Origin: Podarcis pityusensis
Lineage: Eukaryota
Reading direction: 5' to 3' (one strand)
Assembly: GCA_964106645.2 (NCBI GenBank)
Contig: OZ067042.1
DNA: 64,000 bases
Positions 63,601-64,000 of this stretch are shown one piece after another. The notes under the pieces are model-generated. The model was not told where the DNA came from. It saw nothing but the letters and a program-made list of their open reading frames with translations, and did not search any database. Position numbers and translations under genes: made by a program. Each line of letters begins with the position of its first letter. Position 1 is the first letter of the stretch.

Positions 63601-64000
63601 CTCCATGCCAGAAGCTAGTAGAAGTAGGATCATTTTAAAATAAGAGTTCAGATTTTCAGGGTAGAGATTACAGATTCTCCACTAAAACTGAGCAGTCTGT
63701 GAATCAGACCTGCAGATAAACAGCCACAGGTAAATTGCACTTCTACAGACAGTTGTGTGGTGGAGCATTCCATGCGCTTGAGCCAGTGATCTCTGTCTGT
63801 GGAATTTCTTAAAGCTGAGCCAATGATCAAAGCATATTATAGCTGCTCATGTGAGAAGTGTCCAGTAAACCACCATCACAAAGACTCAGGGCAGCTGTCT
63901 TAGTCCCTAGCAGTGATTGCCTTGGATGGTGACATTCACCATGGAGGCTTAGTTACCTTGGAAACATGTTTTAACTGCATCTCTGCTCTGAAGAACCCAT

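Noticed and set aside
1-64000. CRISPR arrays, operons or prokaryotic defence systems
   Set aside because: Sequence is vertebrate; no regularly spaced repeat-spacer array; RT ORFs are LINE-derived

Overview
Vertebrate (non-prokaryotic) genomic DNA, most likely a lacertid lizard, inferred from Sauria and Squam3-type SINEs. It holds two head-to-head genes, recognised from memory of the human proteins. HPS6 (BLOC-2 subunit) is on the minus strand with an intronless CDS at 8892-11339 (815 aa). ARMH3/C10orf76 is on the plus strand, with 19 GT-AG coding exons from 20780 to 54886 encoding about 499 aa; it continues beyond the window. Each gene has its own CpG island (about 11.0-12.1 kb and 14.0-14.6 kb). 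The rest is intron and intergenic DNA with typical squamate repeats: mariner/pogo and hAT MITEs, Sauria/Squam SINEs, CR1, L2 and Bov-B fragments, and two 5'-truncated RTE-X-like LINEs, several of them nested. I found no convincing wholly new biological system. The best leads are a uORF whose stop overlaps the HPS6 start codon, candidate unannotated 5'UTR and poison exons in ARMH3, a young LINE with an intact 497-codon frame started by a host-derived ATG, a LINE enclosed in hAT termini, and a possible Penelope hammerhead remnant.
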